In this document: positions 33,806 to 45,700 of the stretch, piece after piece
How the letters are laid out: each line of letters opens with the position of its first letter
How positions within the stretch are numbered: position 1 is the first letter of the stretch
Assembly (NCBI GenBank): GCA_025558095.1
Contig: JAIVFI010000002.1
Location: forward strand, 372,001-436,000
DNA from: Hyaloraphidium curvatum SAG 235-1
Taxonomy: Eukaryota; Fungi; Monoblepharomycota
DNA: 64,000 bases
Reading direction: 5' to 3'
Notes under the pieces: model-generated
The model's input: only the letters and a program-made list of their open reading frames with translations
The model's database searches: none
What the model was told of the DNA's origin: nothing
Position numbers and translations under genes: made by a program

Positions 33806-34558
33806 CCTTTTCGACGCAAGATCGGGACCCGTCGGGCCTCCGGACGGTCCTCCAGGGGGAGCCGTGGAAGCCCGCGTTGTCGGCGATGACCTTGACGGGA
33901 CCAGTGCTATCACCCGCCTTGATGGACTCGAGGAAGGCGCAGAATCGTTCGGTGGTCATGTTGCCCTCGTAGATCACATAGGACACTATGTTGCCGCCAA
34001 AGTTGCCCTCCCTCGGCGCCATGGAGATGCACAGGCAGAGGAACAGCTTCTTCCCGCGGCCGGAAGGCAATTCGATGACAGCACGCTCTCCCTCGGGAGC
34101 ATAGCCGTAGGGAAGGGGCTCGTTGATGTGGAACGACGACTCGTCGAGGGCGAGCAGGTTGCCCGACGCGGCTGCAGCCTGAATGGCCTCGTTGAAGTCG
34201 AGATGGCGCTGCGGCTGCTCCAGTCGCTCCACGTTCCTGATAGTTAGCCGCTTCCGAGTAATCTTTCGCGCCCGAAGCAGCCGCGAGACGTGCTGCTGAC
34301 AGATGGAGACGCCGAACTCCTCCTTCACCGCCTTCGCCAGCTCCTTCTGCGTGATGACAACCTTGCCCGTCGCCATCTTGACGATGAAATCGACGACTTC
34401 AACTGTCGCTTTCCGGGGTCGCACCGAGGATCGTAGCCGTCCCGAAGGTAGTTGCGAACCATTCTCGGCGAGACGTCAACAACGCCGCCGATTTCCGCGA
34501 CGCTCATCTGAGTACGCTGCCGCAAGCGCTGAGCAACAAGGCGCTTCTCAATGTGCAT
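33500..34558 (-). pseudogene. IS630-like transposase module of element A (two frameshifts)
   Basis: HTH, LALDESSF, VIADNAGFH, SPEFDPAE; 16-nt deletion at ~34423 and 1-nt deletion at ~33806 relative to copy B. Confidence 0.85.
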
Positions 34559-34697
34559 CGTTGGTTTTGGGCTTTTAGGAGCAAAGGGATGGAACGACCT
34601 TGCGGAAATGAAATTTAAGGGACTTTGCGCCAGGCGTCGGGGTTTGCAGCTCTACGGGACCGTAAACACACGCGACTTACGCCTCCTCATCACGAAA

Positions 34698-35488
34698 ATG
34701 CCCCCGGCACAGGTCAGTATGGACATCAGCTTGCGTTTCTGGGCGGAGAGCTGCGTTCCTGGGGGGGGGAGCTGCGTTCCGGAGGGACGCGTGCCTCTCC
34801 GGGCCGGAGCCCCACGCACGGCTGGGCTGCAGGACGAATGAGTAGCCTGCCCCCGCTTCGCGGTCGGGGCGACGGTTTGCTCAAGTCCAGGCTCTGACTG
34901 CTTTTTTGCCTACGTGCGTACGGGAACACATCGCCATCTCGCCCGCTACGACCTTTGCGGTTGTGCCGACGCGCTCCAGAAATCCAAAGTCGCAAAGGCG
35001 GGGGCAAAGGGCAAGGGCGCGAAGGGGAAGAAGGCCGCGCCGTCCAAGTTCACCTTGGATGCCTCGGAGCCCGTCCGGGACGAGCTTTTCGACGTGGCTG
35101 CCTTCGAGCGGTATCTGAAGGAGCGGATAAAGGTCGACGGGCGCACCGGGAACCTCGGGGATGCCGTGACCGTGAGCCGTGGGTCCTAGTGCCGCGAATT
35201 TGGAGCGGAACGGATTCTGACCGTCATCTCTAGGCGCGGGCAACATTGTCTCCGTGACCGTGCAGCCCGGCACGCCGTTCGCGAAGCGCTACCTGAAGTA
35301 CCTGACGAAGAAGTTCTTGAAGAAGAACTTAATTCGCGAGTACTTGCGGGTGATTGCCACGGAAAAGGGGGCGTACGTTCTTCGGTGGGTCGAGATCGCA
35401 GGGAGTGCCGTCGCTGGTTGCTGACCCATCGTCTCATAGCTACTACAAGGTTGACCAGGGCGAGGACGAGGAGGGTGCTGACGAGTAG
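34698..35488 (+). CDS. RPL22: 60S ribosomal protein eL22
   Basis: FDVAAFERYLKERIKVDGRTGNLG, KRYLKYLTKKFLKKN; 4 exons. Confidence 0.95.
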
Positions 35489-35862
35489 ATGCCGTGTACG
35501 ACGTTGCATCGATTGTGACGGTCTCAAGGATTCAGTCCACTCTTGGGTCACTTTTCCCGGCAAAACAGATTTGCTCAATTCCTCCACAATTCCCAAGTTG
35601 GCAGATTCTGCCCAGTGTCGCTCCACACGACACGGTGAAAAACGAGATGGAGGCTCAACGATCGCGGGATGGTTATGCTCGTCCAAGTGAGCACGGCCGC
35701 GGCCGGCCTCCTGTCACCTCCTTGTCACCCTGCTCACCACCTCGGCCAGACTTGGAAAAGAATCCCGTGCAGCTCCCTTCGATCCCTTTCCCTCATGCAG
35801 AGCCAGGACTAGCCATCGTCGGACACGCCGCTGCTTTGCGCCCCGCGGCCCTACATCACATC

Positions 35863-36807
35863 ATGCCGTCGCGGCCCAGGGCGACACGTGCGGTTCGCCT
35901 TCCGAGTTCTCCACCGAAGCAGCGAACGTTGGAGGGCCAAACGAACAATAATGCTTCAAAGGACGCGAAGCCAGTGCATCAGGAAGAACCTTCCGTGGAA
36001 CAGGCCAACCGCGGCTCAGCTGCCGCCCACTTTCTCGAACGCCAAGTTACCACCAGTCATGGCACAGGAAGCCCTCCAATGCCCGTTGCTGCAGACGGTG
36101 AGATTTCAGTTCCCGCGGCTGCAGAGGGCGAGAAGGCCAGAGGGGACCGGGATAAGACTCTCGGAAACGGGACGCACAATGGCACCGAGCCTAGCGGGCT
36201 TGCATCAGATTCGTCAGACGTGGTGTCTGCGCAGGAAGCCGTGGAGCCAGCTTCCGAAAGCCAGCTCGAGGGAAACACAGCCGCCGAAACTCTGGAAATT
36301 GACACACCAGGTCCTGAGCGCGCGCTGGACATGAACGAGGTTCCCCCCCCCCTGCCGCTCACCAGCGCAGACGCATCGGAGTCACCCACCGAGCAGGAGG
36401 GCCCACAGGAGTCTCAAGATCCATCCAACCATTTGGGCGTCCCAGCCCACGATGACGTGCAGAGCGGGGATCGCCCGATCGTTGAAAGCGAGACGGTTGC
36501 ACCCGAGATTGCTGCGGTTTCGGACTCGATCGCTCCTCCTTCGGACGCGGTCGCCCCTCCTTCGGCGGATATCGCAGCTCCTGAACCAGACCTTGTGTCG
36601 GCAACCGCAGGAGCTTCGGGCCTGGAATCTCAAGCGCATGCTTCAGCCAGCTTGCACACCTCCATTCCCGAGGAGGGCCGCAAGGGACCTGATCCCGGCA
36701 ACGAAGAGGAGCACAGCGAGCAGACAAACGTGACTTTAGAGGGACCCTCGGAGTTGGAGGCAGCCGCTTCGACAGCAGATATCGTCCACAGCACAGAAAG
36801 CACCTGA
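35863..36807 (+). CDS. hypothetical acidic low-complexity protein
   Basis: Long open frame rich in Ser/Glu/Pro/Ala from ATG 35863; no domain recognised. Confidence 0.45.
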   Translation: MPSRPRATRAVRLPSSPPKQRTLEGQTNNNASKDAKPVHQEEPSVEQANRGSAAAHFLERQVTTSHGTGSPPMPVAADGEISVPAAAEGEKARGDRDKTLGNGTHNGTEPSGLASDSSDVVSAQEAVEPASESQLEGNTAAETLEIDTPGPERALDMNEVPPPLPLTSADASESPTEQEGPQESQDPSNHLGVPAHDDVQSGDRPIVESETVAPEIAAVSDSIAPPSDAVAPPSADIAAPEPDLVSATAGASGLESQAHASASLHTSIPEEGRKGPDPGNEEEHSEQTNVTLEGPSELEAAASTADIVHSTEST

Positions 36808-36938
36808 TTTCTTGATGTATGCTACAAAATCAGCGTGCCCGACAAATCAAAAGCCAGACTAGACCTAGCACCGCGTCTCCTTTGCCCATAAGCACCGAGA
36901 GTTCGCCGCGGTTCGTATTGTCCGTGCGCTCCGAACCT

Positions 36939-37652
36939 CTACCAAACCGAGCTGTTGCTCGCCGCAAGGAGCTTCGTCAGCGATTCAAAACGGATCGATT
37001 CCGTCACCACCGCAGCTTTGATGTCGTTGTCGCTCGTCAGAGGGGGGCATGCAACGTCCCGGTCCGACTCGTCCATGCTCCATCCCAGGCCGGCAACGTA
37101 GTCGCGCGCGCCCTCATCGTCCAGCTCCAGCCACTCCCCGACGAGCTTGATGCTGACCGACTGGTAGGCAGCGGCGAGGGTGCGGGCAATGAAGTCGCGT
37201 ACCCTGTCGTCAAAGTTGCTGCAAATGTCCACGATCCTCCTCGCCTCCTCGTTCTCCTTCAGAAACGCCCAGAACTCCTTGAAAGACGCCGTTTCGAGCA
37301 TCTGCTGCATCTTGGTCAGGATAACCAGCGCAGTTTGGGCGCAGACTTCGTCCGTGAGGAGGCAGCAGCAGAGGCCGAAGTCCGGATCCGGGAGCGCCGT
37401 GAGCGCCTTGACGAGCGCGGCGGCCGCAACATCTGGATTCAGGAGATCCGGGTTGAACTGGTACAGCTTGAGCAGGGCCAGATTCGCGTCGCGGTCGTAC
37501 GTGTCGTTCCTCAGCTGCGAATCGAGGTACCCTTCCAACGCCGGTATCTTTTCCGGATTGTAGCGCTCCACCGAATCGATAATGTCACGAATCTCATCGG
37601 GGCGGCTCTGCTCGGCCGCCTGAAGGTAGTCGCTGAGCTCAATCCCGGGCAT
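36939..37652 (-). CDS. EIF3K: translation initiation factor eIF3 subunit K
   Basis: ERYNPE...YDRDANLALLKLYQFNP...KALTALPDPDFGLC, PCI domain. Confidence 0.92.
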   Translation of the reverse strand: MPGIELSDYLQAAEQSRPDEIRDIIDSVERYNPEKIPALEGYLDSQLRNDTYDRDANLALLKLYQFNPDLLNPDVAAAALVKALTALPDPDFGLCCCLLTDEVCAQTALVILTKMQQMLETASFKEFWAFLKENEEARRIVDICSNFDDRVRDFIARTLAAAYQSVSIKLVGEWLELDDEGARDYVAGLGWSMDESDRDVACPPLTSDNDIKAAVVTESIRFESLTKLLAASNSSVW

Positions 37653-38102
37653 CGCGTCTCGAAGAAAAGCTAGAAGTTCGACGCGTTATTTGTTTTCATC
37701 ACGCCGGGCGCTGAACCAATGCTCGCGTAAAGGAGCCAGACGTTGTCACCGGCGCGCCCGCGGATGATGCTCCCGGACCGCCTACGACCGTGGCTCTTGG
37801 GTTAAGGTCCCGGAAAAACCGCCAACGACCCTCGCGGGGTGGGCCACGAATGTGGCCGCGGGTCACCAGCGACGACCCACGACCTTTCTGATGCACTTGA
37901 CGGGCTCAGCACGCACGTGCCGACTCGGATGCTGATTGGTCTGTGGTTGGAACGAGGCCCGTGGTGGATGGCTCTTCAGTGCAATTCGCGAGGCGGCACC
38001 GGCGCGGTGCCGTAACTCAATCGGGACTACACTCGGTTCAGTACCCCCTCTCCTTTTTCGGGTCTTAAAGTGTGGGAATCGAACGAATTCCTTGTATTGC
38101 AA

Positions 38103-38830
38103 CTAGCGTGCCTTATCCGGCGGTTCTGGTTCCGCCATCGTCCCCCCGTCGGCACGGGATGGGGATTCCAAGGCACCGCCACCGGCCTCTGGGAGGCTGA
38201 AGACGCCACTTTGGCGAACCAAGTTCACGTAGTATGCCTGTAGCTCGTCCGCTTGAATGGAGAGCCTCCAGTCGATGAGAAACAGAAACTCCAGCTCCAA
38301 AGTGTTCAGCTCGCGCAGCGAAATTCCACCGACCCGCGCGTAGTGAACGTTGGTACAGAAGGAATCGCAAAGCTCTTTCGCCGCGACCGTCAGGGCCGCT
38401 ATAATGAATCTGGCGACGAGTCAGCACATTGAAAAGCTTTACGGCCAATTCGTACCTATGTACAGTTAGGCTTGATATGACAAACATGCGGTGCCGCTCG
38501 CAGACGCGATCGATGTACACCAGGAGCATGATCAAAGTTGTCTTCTCCAGAGAGGCGTATTTGACACAGCGGCGGAGGTATTCGATGATGGTTATGGGGG
38601 GGATTTGCCGCGAGTGGAAACGCGTCAGATTGGCCGGAGTAACGCTGATCCGGTCGTTGAACTGGGTCAGGCGAAGCAGCATGTCGCCTGGCGGATAAGA
38701 GTCAATTGCCGGGGCAACAGTTTGATTGCAGATGCCCACCTATCATCTGAATCAGCTGTTCTGGCTCGCACGCGTGAAACTCGCCCGCCACTGGTTGAAG
38801 CGCCCCGCGTGACGCATCTGCGCCTCCCAT
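38103..38830 (-). CDS. PHO80: Pho80-like cyclin (3 exons)
   Basis: LTRFHSR, YIDR, SSLTVHR|FIIAA, FCTNVHYARVGGI, LNTLELEFL. Confidence 0.9.
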
Positions 38831-39132
38831 TCGTGCCGAGTTGCGCAAGAAGAAAGTCCGTACAAGGCGAGGCGATCACGCTCGTTCCGTTGAACGCGAG
38901 AGCGCCGCCCTGCTCCCGCTCCAGACGAGGATGCTCCCGAGGTGGCGCCGATTCCTCGAGTACCAGTCCCACTGTGTCTACGGCCCGTGGTTCGCGATGG
39001 GAGGACCAATGACGCGTTTCCAGCATGGCACACTGCCCGCACTATGGACCCGGATTGTCGGGCGGAAAGTTGGCCTCTCGGCAATGGGAAGACCCATCAC
39101 GCACCATTTGGTCCTTTTGCGCCTCACACGTT

Positions 39133-41340
39133 CTATTCGTCGCGGCGGCTGGAATCAACGACCCTTCGCACCGCTCCTAGAATCAGAGGGGTGACCCCCG
39201 GCTCTGCCTGCAAAGCCGCCAGGACATGGGACTCGCCGTGGGCAATCAGTCCCACAGCGATTCGCTCGATCGCCAGTACAACGTTTGCGCTCACGATGTG
39301 GAGCGCGCCCGAAGACTTCAGATGGCCAAACAGTTGCTCATGGGCTCCCGAGCGCCGATGCTCCGTCGCTCGGATGGCAAGAATGCCGGCCGCATATCCC
39401 ACACGATCCGCCCATCTCCTGCGGTCGCGATCGCCGACGCAGGCATCCCGCAGTGCGATCAATTGGGCAAAAGCTCGCTCGGCCGCCGTGGGATCGTCGT
39501 CTGCTCTGCTCTCAACCAGCAAGCTCCAGGTCCAAGCATCGGGCCCGCTGCCCCGCTCGCGCATCTGCGCCAAGATACGATCCGCTTGTTCCAGATCTCC
39601 TGCCCACAAGTGTGCAGCAATGAGCCAGTTCCACGAAACGATGTCATGCTCTTTCAACTTTCGGAAGGCAGCAAAGGCCCGGGACGAGTCTGGGACGCAC
39701 GAGGCTAGAGCGAGCGCCTTGCGACCGGAAACATGAAGCCGCGAGGTGTCTCCCAATTGGTGCCGGAGCTCTGCAAGTCTCGGAGAAGCATCGTCCACCT
39801 CTTCCAGGCGACTAAGATAGCCTCGTGCAAGCGTCCGGCCAAAACTGGGCTCCTTGTCTAGTGCAGGCTGCGAGCCGCGAGCCTCGACGACAAGGGAATC
39901 TAGGCGATCGAGGTCCCACCTGTTCATGTAGTGCAAAGCAAGCTGACGGAAGATGGCCGGATCTTTCTGCACATTATACCGTTCCATTGTCGCGAGGGTC
40001 TGCAGCACCCCATCGGCGTTCCCGTCCTCGACAAAGTCCTTGAGCGCATGCGCATAGAACCCGCTCCGAGGCTCGATGCCCATGCTGTCCATCTGGGACA
40101 GCACGCGCTGCATGCCCGCGCTGTCGCGCAGGTGCGCGAGTTCCTTGTAAATGGTGAGGTACACGGATTCGTCCGGTTCGACGCCAAAAGATTGCCCCAT
40201 CGTGGCTGCCAGTCGCAGCGCCTCGCTGGCGTTTCCAGCGCGGACCCAATCGCGCACGACGAACCTCAGCACGTCCAAGTCCGGCTCGCAGTCCATATCC
40301 AGCATGGCCGTGAAAAGTGCCATGGACGACGTAATTGAAGGCGAATACGCAATCACGTTGCGGAAACTGTTCAGGTTCGGCACTAATGTGGAGTCTTTGC
40401 CGCTCGCAGCCGCCAGCAGAAGGTCCATGGCATTTTGGAACTTGCCGTTCCGGGACATCACCAGGAGCAACAGATTCCACGCCTCAATCCGCTGCTGACC
40501 GCGCAGCGCCGGCCCGGCATTCTCCCAAGCACGGCGCGCCAAGGCCACATCATTCAGCGAGGATGCAACCCGGATGCAGGCGGCATGTGTCTCTGGCGCC
40601 ATCGCCAAGCCGCGGGTGTGCAACGCCTTGTAAAGCCGCACGGCACCAACCTCGTCTCCAGAACGCCCAAGTTCACGGAAAAGCAGATGGCGCGACTTTG
40701 CTAAAGCTTTGTCGGAGACGAGTTTCTCGAGCTCCGAAATGAACGACTCTGCTGCGGCCAACCCCGGCTTTCCCCGCAATGCAAGATCACGAACGATGCG
40801 CTCCGCGAGTTCCTCGACAACCCCAGTGGGGAATGATGCCACTCGTTGGGGTTCTTTGTGGCCAGGCAGCAGACCGCGGCCGGCCATATCGTCCATGATG
40901 CGCGCGCACGTAACCGAACCGTGGAAATTGGCTTTGCTGCTCGCTGTCCTCCAGCCCCTGGTCCATGTGTGCAGCCAGCCCCCCGAGGCCTGGTCGGCGT
41001 AGAGTCGAAGAAGGGCAACGTAGTCTGCTTCTCGCAGTAGCAGGACTTCCGACGCGGTTGATGAGACGCTGCCGTAAAGTGCAGCCGCCAAGGGCCAGTT
41101 TCGGGATGAAACTGCGGCTCGGAGCTGATCCACCCGGTTCCTCCGTGGAAACGATGCTTCATCAGCCCGCTCATCCCGGCCAGCTTCCGCAGCGGCCGAC
41201 AACGTAAAGTGGCAAGCGGGTTGCACAAGCCGCGACTCGCGATGTTTGCCAGACAATTGCACACTGGCAAAACGCGGCACCAATTCCGAAAGCTCGCGAG
41301 GCAAGAGCCAACGTCGGAGCAGCATCGCGGTAGTGGCCAC
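39133..41340 (-). CDS. pentatricopeptide repeat (PPR) protein, mitochondrial
   Basis: Repeated ~35-aa units (WNLLL...A..L..M...PD/PN) in a 735-aa ORF. Confidence 0.8.
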   Translation of the reverse strand: MATTAMLLRRWLLPRELSELVPRFASVQLSGKHRESRLVQPACHFTLSAAAEAGRDERADEASFPRRNRVDQLRAAVSSRNWPLAAALYGSVSSTASEVLLLREADYVALLRLYADQASGGWLHTWTRGWRTASSKANFHGSVTCARIMDDMAGRGLLPGHKEPQRVASFPTGVVEELAERIVRDLALRGKPGLAAAESFISELEKLVSDKALAKSRHLLFRELGRSGDEVGAVRLYKALHTRGLAMAPETHAACIRVASSLNDVALARRAWENAGPALRGQQRIEAWNLLLLVMSRNGKFQNAMDLLLAAASGKDSTLVPNLNSFRNVIAYSPSITSSMALFTAMLDMDCEPDLDVLRFVVRDWVRAGNASEALRLAATMGQSFGVEPDESVYLTIYKELAHLRDSAGMQRVLSQMDSMGIEPRSGFYAHALKDFVEDGNADGVLQTLATMERYNVQKDPAIFRQLALHYMNRWDLDRLDSLVVEARGSQPALDKEPSFGRTLARGYLSRLEEVDDASPRLAELRHQLGDTSRLHVSGRKALALASCVPDSSRAFAAFRKLKEHDIVSWNWLIAAHLWAGDLEQADRILAQMRERGSGPDAWTWSLLVESRADDDPTAAERAFAQLIALRDACVGDRDRRRWADRVGYAAGILAIRATEHRRSGAHEQLFGHLKSSGALHIVSANVVLAIERIAVGLIAHGESHVLAALQAEPGVTPLILGAVRRVVDSSRRDE

Positions 41341-41664
41341 AGGCCCGGTGCCGGGTGATCGATAGTGGTGTTTTCAAAACAACCGGGACTCTGTGCCAAT
41401 AGAAGGTCTATATCACTACCTAAAGCGGAATATAGGCCCTTGAATTCCTAATCACCGCATATCATTCTGACGCTCTGACGCTTTGATCCCTTCACGTCTC
41501 TATCTCCACCATGAGCTAAACAACAACTACCAAATTGCCGAGCTGGAAGCGCACGTCAATCGTCAGCGTCGTCAGCCCGGTGGTCATGGGGAAGGCGGTT
41601 CCGGAATTCTGGCCGATGAAGTCGATGATCAGAGGCTTGATCCTCAGGTACCGAAAGTGCATCA

Positions 41665-42694
41665 GAATGGGTATTGCGTCGATGTTTTGAACCGTCCTGG
41701 TCGAGCTATGAAGTCAGTAGTAGAGGTCTCGATCGATGATTGCTTACGCACTGCCAGAGGGCGGGTCCGTTGAAGACGTTCTGGCAGAAGACCTTGATGA
41801 CCGCCTGTGCAGGCGGAAACCCGGGCGTGCCTTGATGTCCAGGTATGAGCAGTATGGCAAGAATGTGGGGCGCCAGTCCGTTCATGATGGCATTGCCAAG
41901 CGCCCGGAACTCCCTGTTGACCATGTTGGATGTATCACCGTTGGCGATCTGGAAGTAGCGTCCGATGGATCCCGATTGCATTCCATGGTTCATTCCCATG
42001 TTGATCACATTCATTTTCTTAACTGCCGGACCGACGGGCTGCGCCATCAGGATGTTTCCATGGAGCACCCTATTCATTGCGTGCAACGGGAACCAGGGAG
42101 GCATTGGCAGCCACCAATATGCTGGATTGAAGACCGCCAGAGAAGGTATGAGGGCCCACTGCAAGGGGCCGAAGACGCCAAAGTTTTGAAGAAAGTTGTG
42201 CACAGTCCCGTGAACGGTGGGATCGTAGACCAGGGCGCCCCAACGCACCCGAATGAAGTGGTCTATGGAAAGAAAATCCCGAGGACCGGCCAATGCCAGG
42301 GGAAAAGCCATGTGCCGGCCTCAAGAAACCGGGGGTGCAGAGGATTGACGGGATTCGCGCGGGGATCCGCCCGTGCTCGAGCCGGGTGAGCCGAACCCCA
42401 GTCAACCTCATTCACACAATTCCTGCAGCTCGTTGGTGAGCTCCACTCGGGATTGCCTCCGACGTAGCCGCTGACCTTCTTTTTTTCAGACGTCGGTAGT
42501 CTGCGCCCGCTTCGCTCTCCGCCGGCATGGCATTCGGGTGCCGGGTCCGAGTCCGCCTCGCCGGCTGCATGGCCATCCACTGCACCAGCCGGGTATAGGT
42601 GGGCCGCAAGTACACGGTTCGCGAAGTGCGCAATGCTGACCTCGTCCTTGTTCCTTCGCACCTCCTCCAGGACGCTGGTGACTAGAGCCGCCAT
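41665..42694 (-). CDS. hypothetical spliced protein, head-to-head with Fanzor C
   Basis: ORFs 42263-42694 and 41706-42311; hydrophobic, Asn/Gly/Pro-rich second part; exon structure approximate. Confidence 0.4.
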
Positions 42695-42798
42695 TGCCTC
42701 CGACCTCGACCCCTGCCCAAGTCACCGCATCGAGGTCCGTTCCCTCGACCGTCGACGAGGATCAATCGAGCTCTAACATTGTTTGCAATAGCAGTGAC

Positions 42799-45700
42799 AT
42801 GGGGTCGAAACGAGGGCGAACATCGGACAAGGGGTCGGACAGCGACGATCCCGGCGAAGGGTCTTCGGCACACCCACCTGCTCCCCGGAAGCGCGCCAAC
42901 CAAGCCGGCGAATCCGAGGTCGTCGATGCTGCAGCTCAGCTTCCCGTGGGCGTGGCCGTGCCGCCCAACTCCGAGTCCGACGACACGGAGCTCGCATCGT
43001 CGCTGGTGGCCGCCGTGTCGCAGAATGAGACCGAGTCGGACGACTCCCGGCCCAAGGAGGCGATTCCCCAGAAGCGGCCCCGCAAGGACGGCGACAAGGG
43101 CAAGGAGCAGGCCGAACCCGTCCCGTCGTCTCCGAAAGGCCCCGAGCCCAAGAAGGCGAAGAAGAAGGGCTACGATGCCGCCGCCGCCACTGCCCAGGCG
43201 GCCCTGGCGCCCGAACATTCTGCCCACCTCGAGCAAGCCAACGTGCCCACCGGTTGCCCCGCCCTGCTTTGCGGAAACACTGATCATTGGGATGCCGGTC
43301 ACGGCGACGGGAGCGGCTGCCAGTTGTTTCCCTGCGGGAGCCTCTACCACAACACCAAGGAACATCTGAAGCGGCCTGATCCCCGCATGCCTTTCATGTG
43401 CCCGCACTGCGACCCGCTTAACACGCTCGACCACGACGAAGGCTTCCACTCGGTCTGCGGCACGTGTGGCGAGCGTGACCATGGCGACATCGCCCACGCG
43501 CACCCTTGCGACGCCCTCGTGTGTACCGGGAGGATCTGGGCGTCGCGTTCAAAGGAGGAACTGTGGGAGATGGTCGCAAATGGCTTCCTGTCCGAGAACG
43601 TGCTGTACTCGTGGTTCCCCCTGATCTCGTACGAGGACCACGTGCTCGAGCACAAGCATACCTTCGTTTCCGTGGAGGAGCCCAACGGTTGCCGGCCTTT
43701 CCTCGTTCACTGCGGCTCGCTGGGCCACACGCGCGCGGCGCACGGCGGGGTAGAGCCTCTGTACTGTTCGCAGTGCGGATCGTTTGAGCACCGGGCCAAG
43801 GAGCACGTGCACTACATGTCTGCGTGCCACACGAGCGCCAACGGCTGCGGACAAAGGGGTCACTCGAAGGTTACCGCCGGGGCCTGCGTGCTCAACATCA
43901 ACGATCTGAAGAAGCTCACGCCCAAGGAGGCGCTGGACGAGCTCATGGGCCCGCAGTCTGCCCAGAGGACCGTTGTCATGGCCTTCCAAAAGTTACTGAG
44001 GTACGGGGACCGGACGGCGCGGGAACCCGCGAGCCCAGAGGAGGAACTAGCTGCCACGCTCTACGAGGTCATCGAGGATGCCATCGGGCGGTTCACGAAG
44101 CTCTCGTTCGAGATGTCTCTGTTCATGGACCTCTTCTTCAAGTACGTGCGCGACTTGCGGCTACTGGGAGGGAACCTTAGGTACCCTCACCTGGACATGA
44201 GCCTCGGCCTGAACGCCTTCTTCGCCGTGGCGGCGCCACTCCACGGCGACGAAGACCACGCCGATACTCTGGTGCCGCTTTTGAACACGTTCCGCGACAC
44301 GGAATGGCTGGGCTGCGTCAAACGAGCTGCTCTTCACGGCTACAAGCGGACGTCACGCGTTGGCCTCGACCAGATCATGCGGACCGCGTCACAAGGCTAC
44401 GTGACGGCTGCCATGAACTCGGTGAAGGAAAACCTGCACGATCGGGTGCGCGCGTGGACGATCTGCAGGCTGCGCATCCCGCTGCACAAGCACGGTCGGT
44501 TTGGCCCCCAGCAACCAAGCCAGGGCCGTACGCTCACGAAGGGCGAGACCACGGCCATCGCGACCCACTTTGTCAACAGCCTGAAGTTCTGGGATCCGAG
44601 GGAGCACCCCGCCAACACGAACCGGCCCTTCACGCTGCCAAACAACGAGCTCTACGACAAGGTCATGACCGACCCGCTGCTCCTGGAGATCGCGACGTCT
44701 ACACCGAGCTGCGCGACGACCTGCTCAAGGGTCTCTACCTCAACCCGTACTGGGTCGCGTACCACTGGCAGAGGTTCTTCGACGTCCTGTTCCGCATCCA
44801 GCGGGAGCACGAGGAGCTGCGCAAGAAGCTGGTGCAGTGGACGGAGAACTTGAGCAAGAGCGAGAGGAAGTTCGCTCTCCGCAACTTTCCCTACAACCAC
44901 AAGCTCGTGAAGCCCTTCAACGTCCTCCCGCGCTTCTCGACCGAAGCCAAGCACATCCTCATCGACCGCATCGCTCTTCACCAGCTCATCCAGGTGGCGC
45001 AGCGGCGGCTCGGCCAGGAGCCCACCTCGATGGCCGACTACCTCGCCGCGGAAGCCGAGGATCCGGAGCACTGGTGGCGTATGTTCTTCCGGCCGGAGAA
45101 GGTCAACACCGGCGGCGCCGAGAATCCATCGAGGCACTTCGACTACTCCTTCTCCACCAACGCCGTGCAGGCCTCGATCACGGTTCTCGTGCGGAAGCCG
45201 TCGGAGGAGCAGCCCGGCACGTCGTTCTCCGACATCAAGATCCCCGGCATGTCCGTTGCCGGGCTCGACCCCGGCAGAAAAGACATCCTCACGGTTTCGA
45301 CGGGGCTCTCGACGCCGGGGGACGACAAGCACCACGGCCACAGCAAAGCCGTCAGCGTCTCCGCGGGCGAGTACTACCACCTCGCCCGGTACAAGAACAA
45401 CACGTGGAAAGCAAACCAGCGCAAGAAGCGGCACCCGTCCATCCTTGAGATCGAGCGCGACACGCCCGTGGCCAAGGCCTCCACGGTCGCGGACACCAAG
45501 CTGTACATCCACCACTGTCTCGAGCACCTCTCCACGATCGTCGGCTTCTACGGGACAAAGGTCCACCGGCGGTCTCGGTTCGACCGGTACATCGGCAAGC
45601 ACACCGCGCAGGAAGCCGTTGCCGAGAAGGTCATCAAGGGCTGCGGCGTCGAAGCGGAGCGCCTTATACTTGCGTTCGGCAAGGCCAGGTTCCGTCACAA

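Larger units (their letters stand above)
21221..34662. mobile_element. Element A: ~13.4-kb composite IS630/Tc1-Fanzor element (right boundary approximate)
   Basis: Non-housekeeping block between the divergent GTR2 and RPL22 starts; begins TA|CAGAGTTTCC, resembling TA|CACAGTTTCC at 54127; contains two DDE transposase genes, a PHD gene and a Fanzor. Confidence 0.65.

Noticed and set aside
33800-33815. Programmed ribosomal frameshift in the IS630 transposase
   Set aside because: Copy B is in frame at this site, so a simple 1-nt deletion explains it
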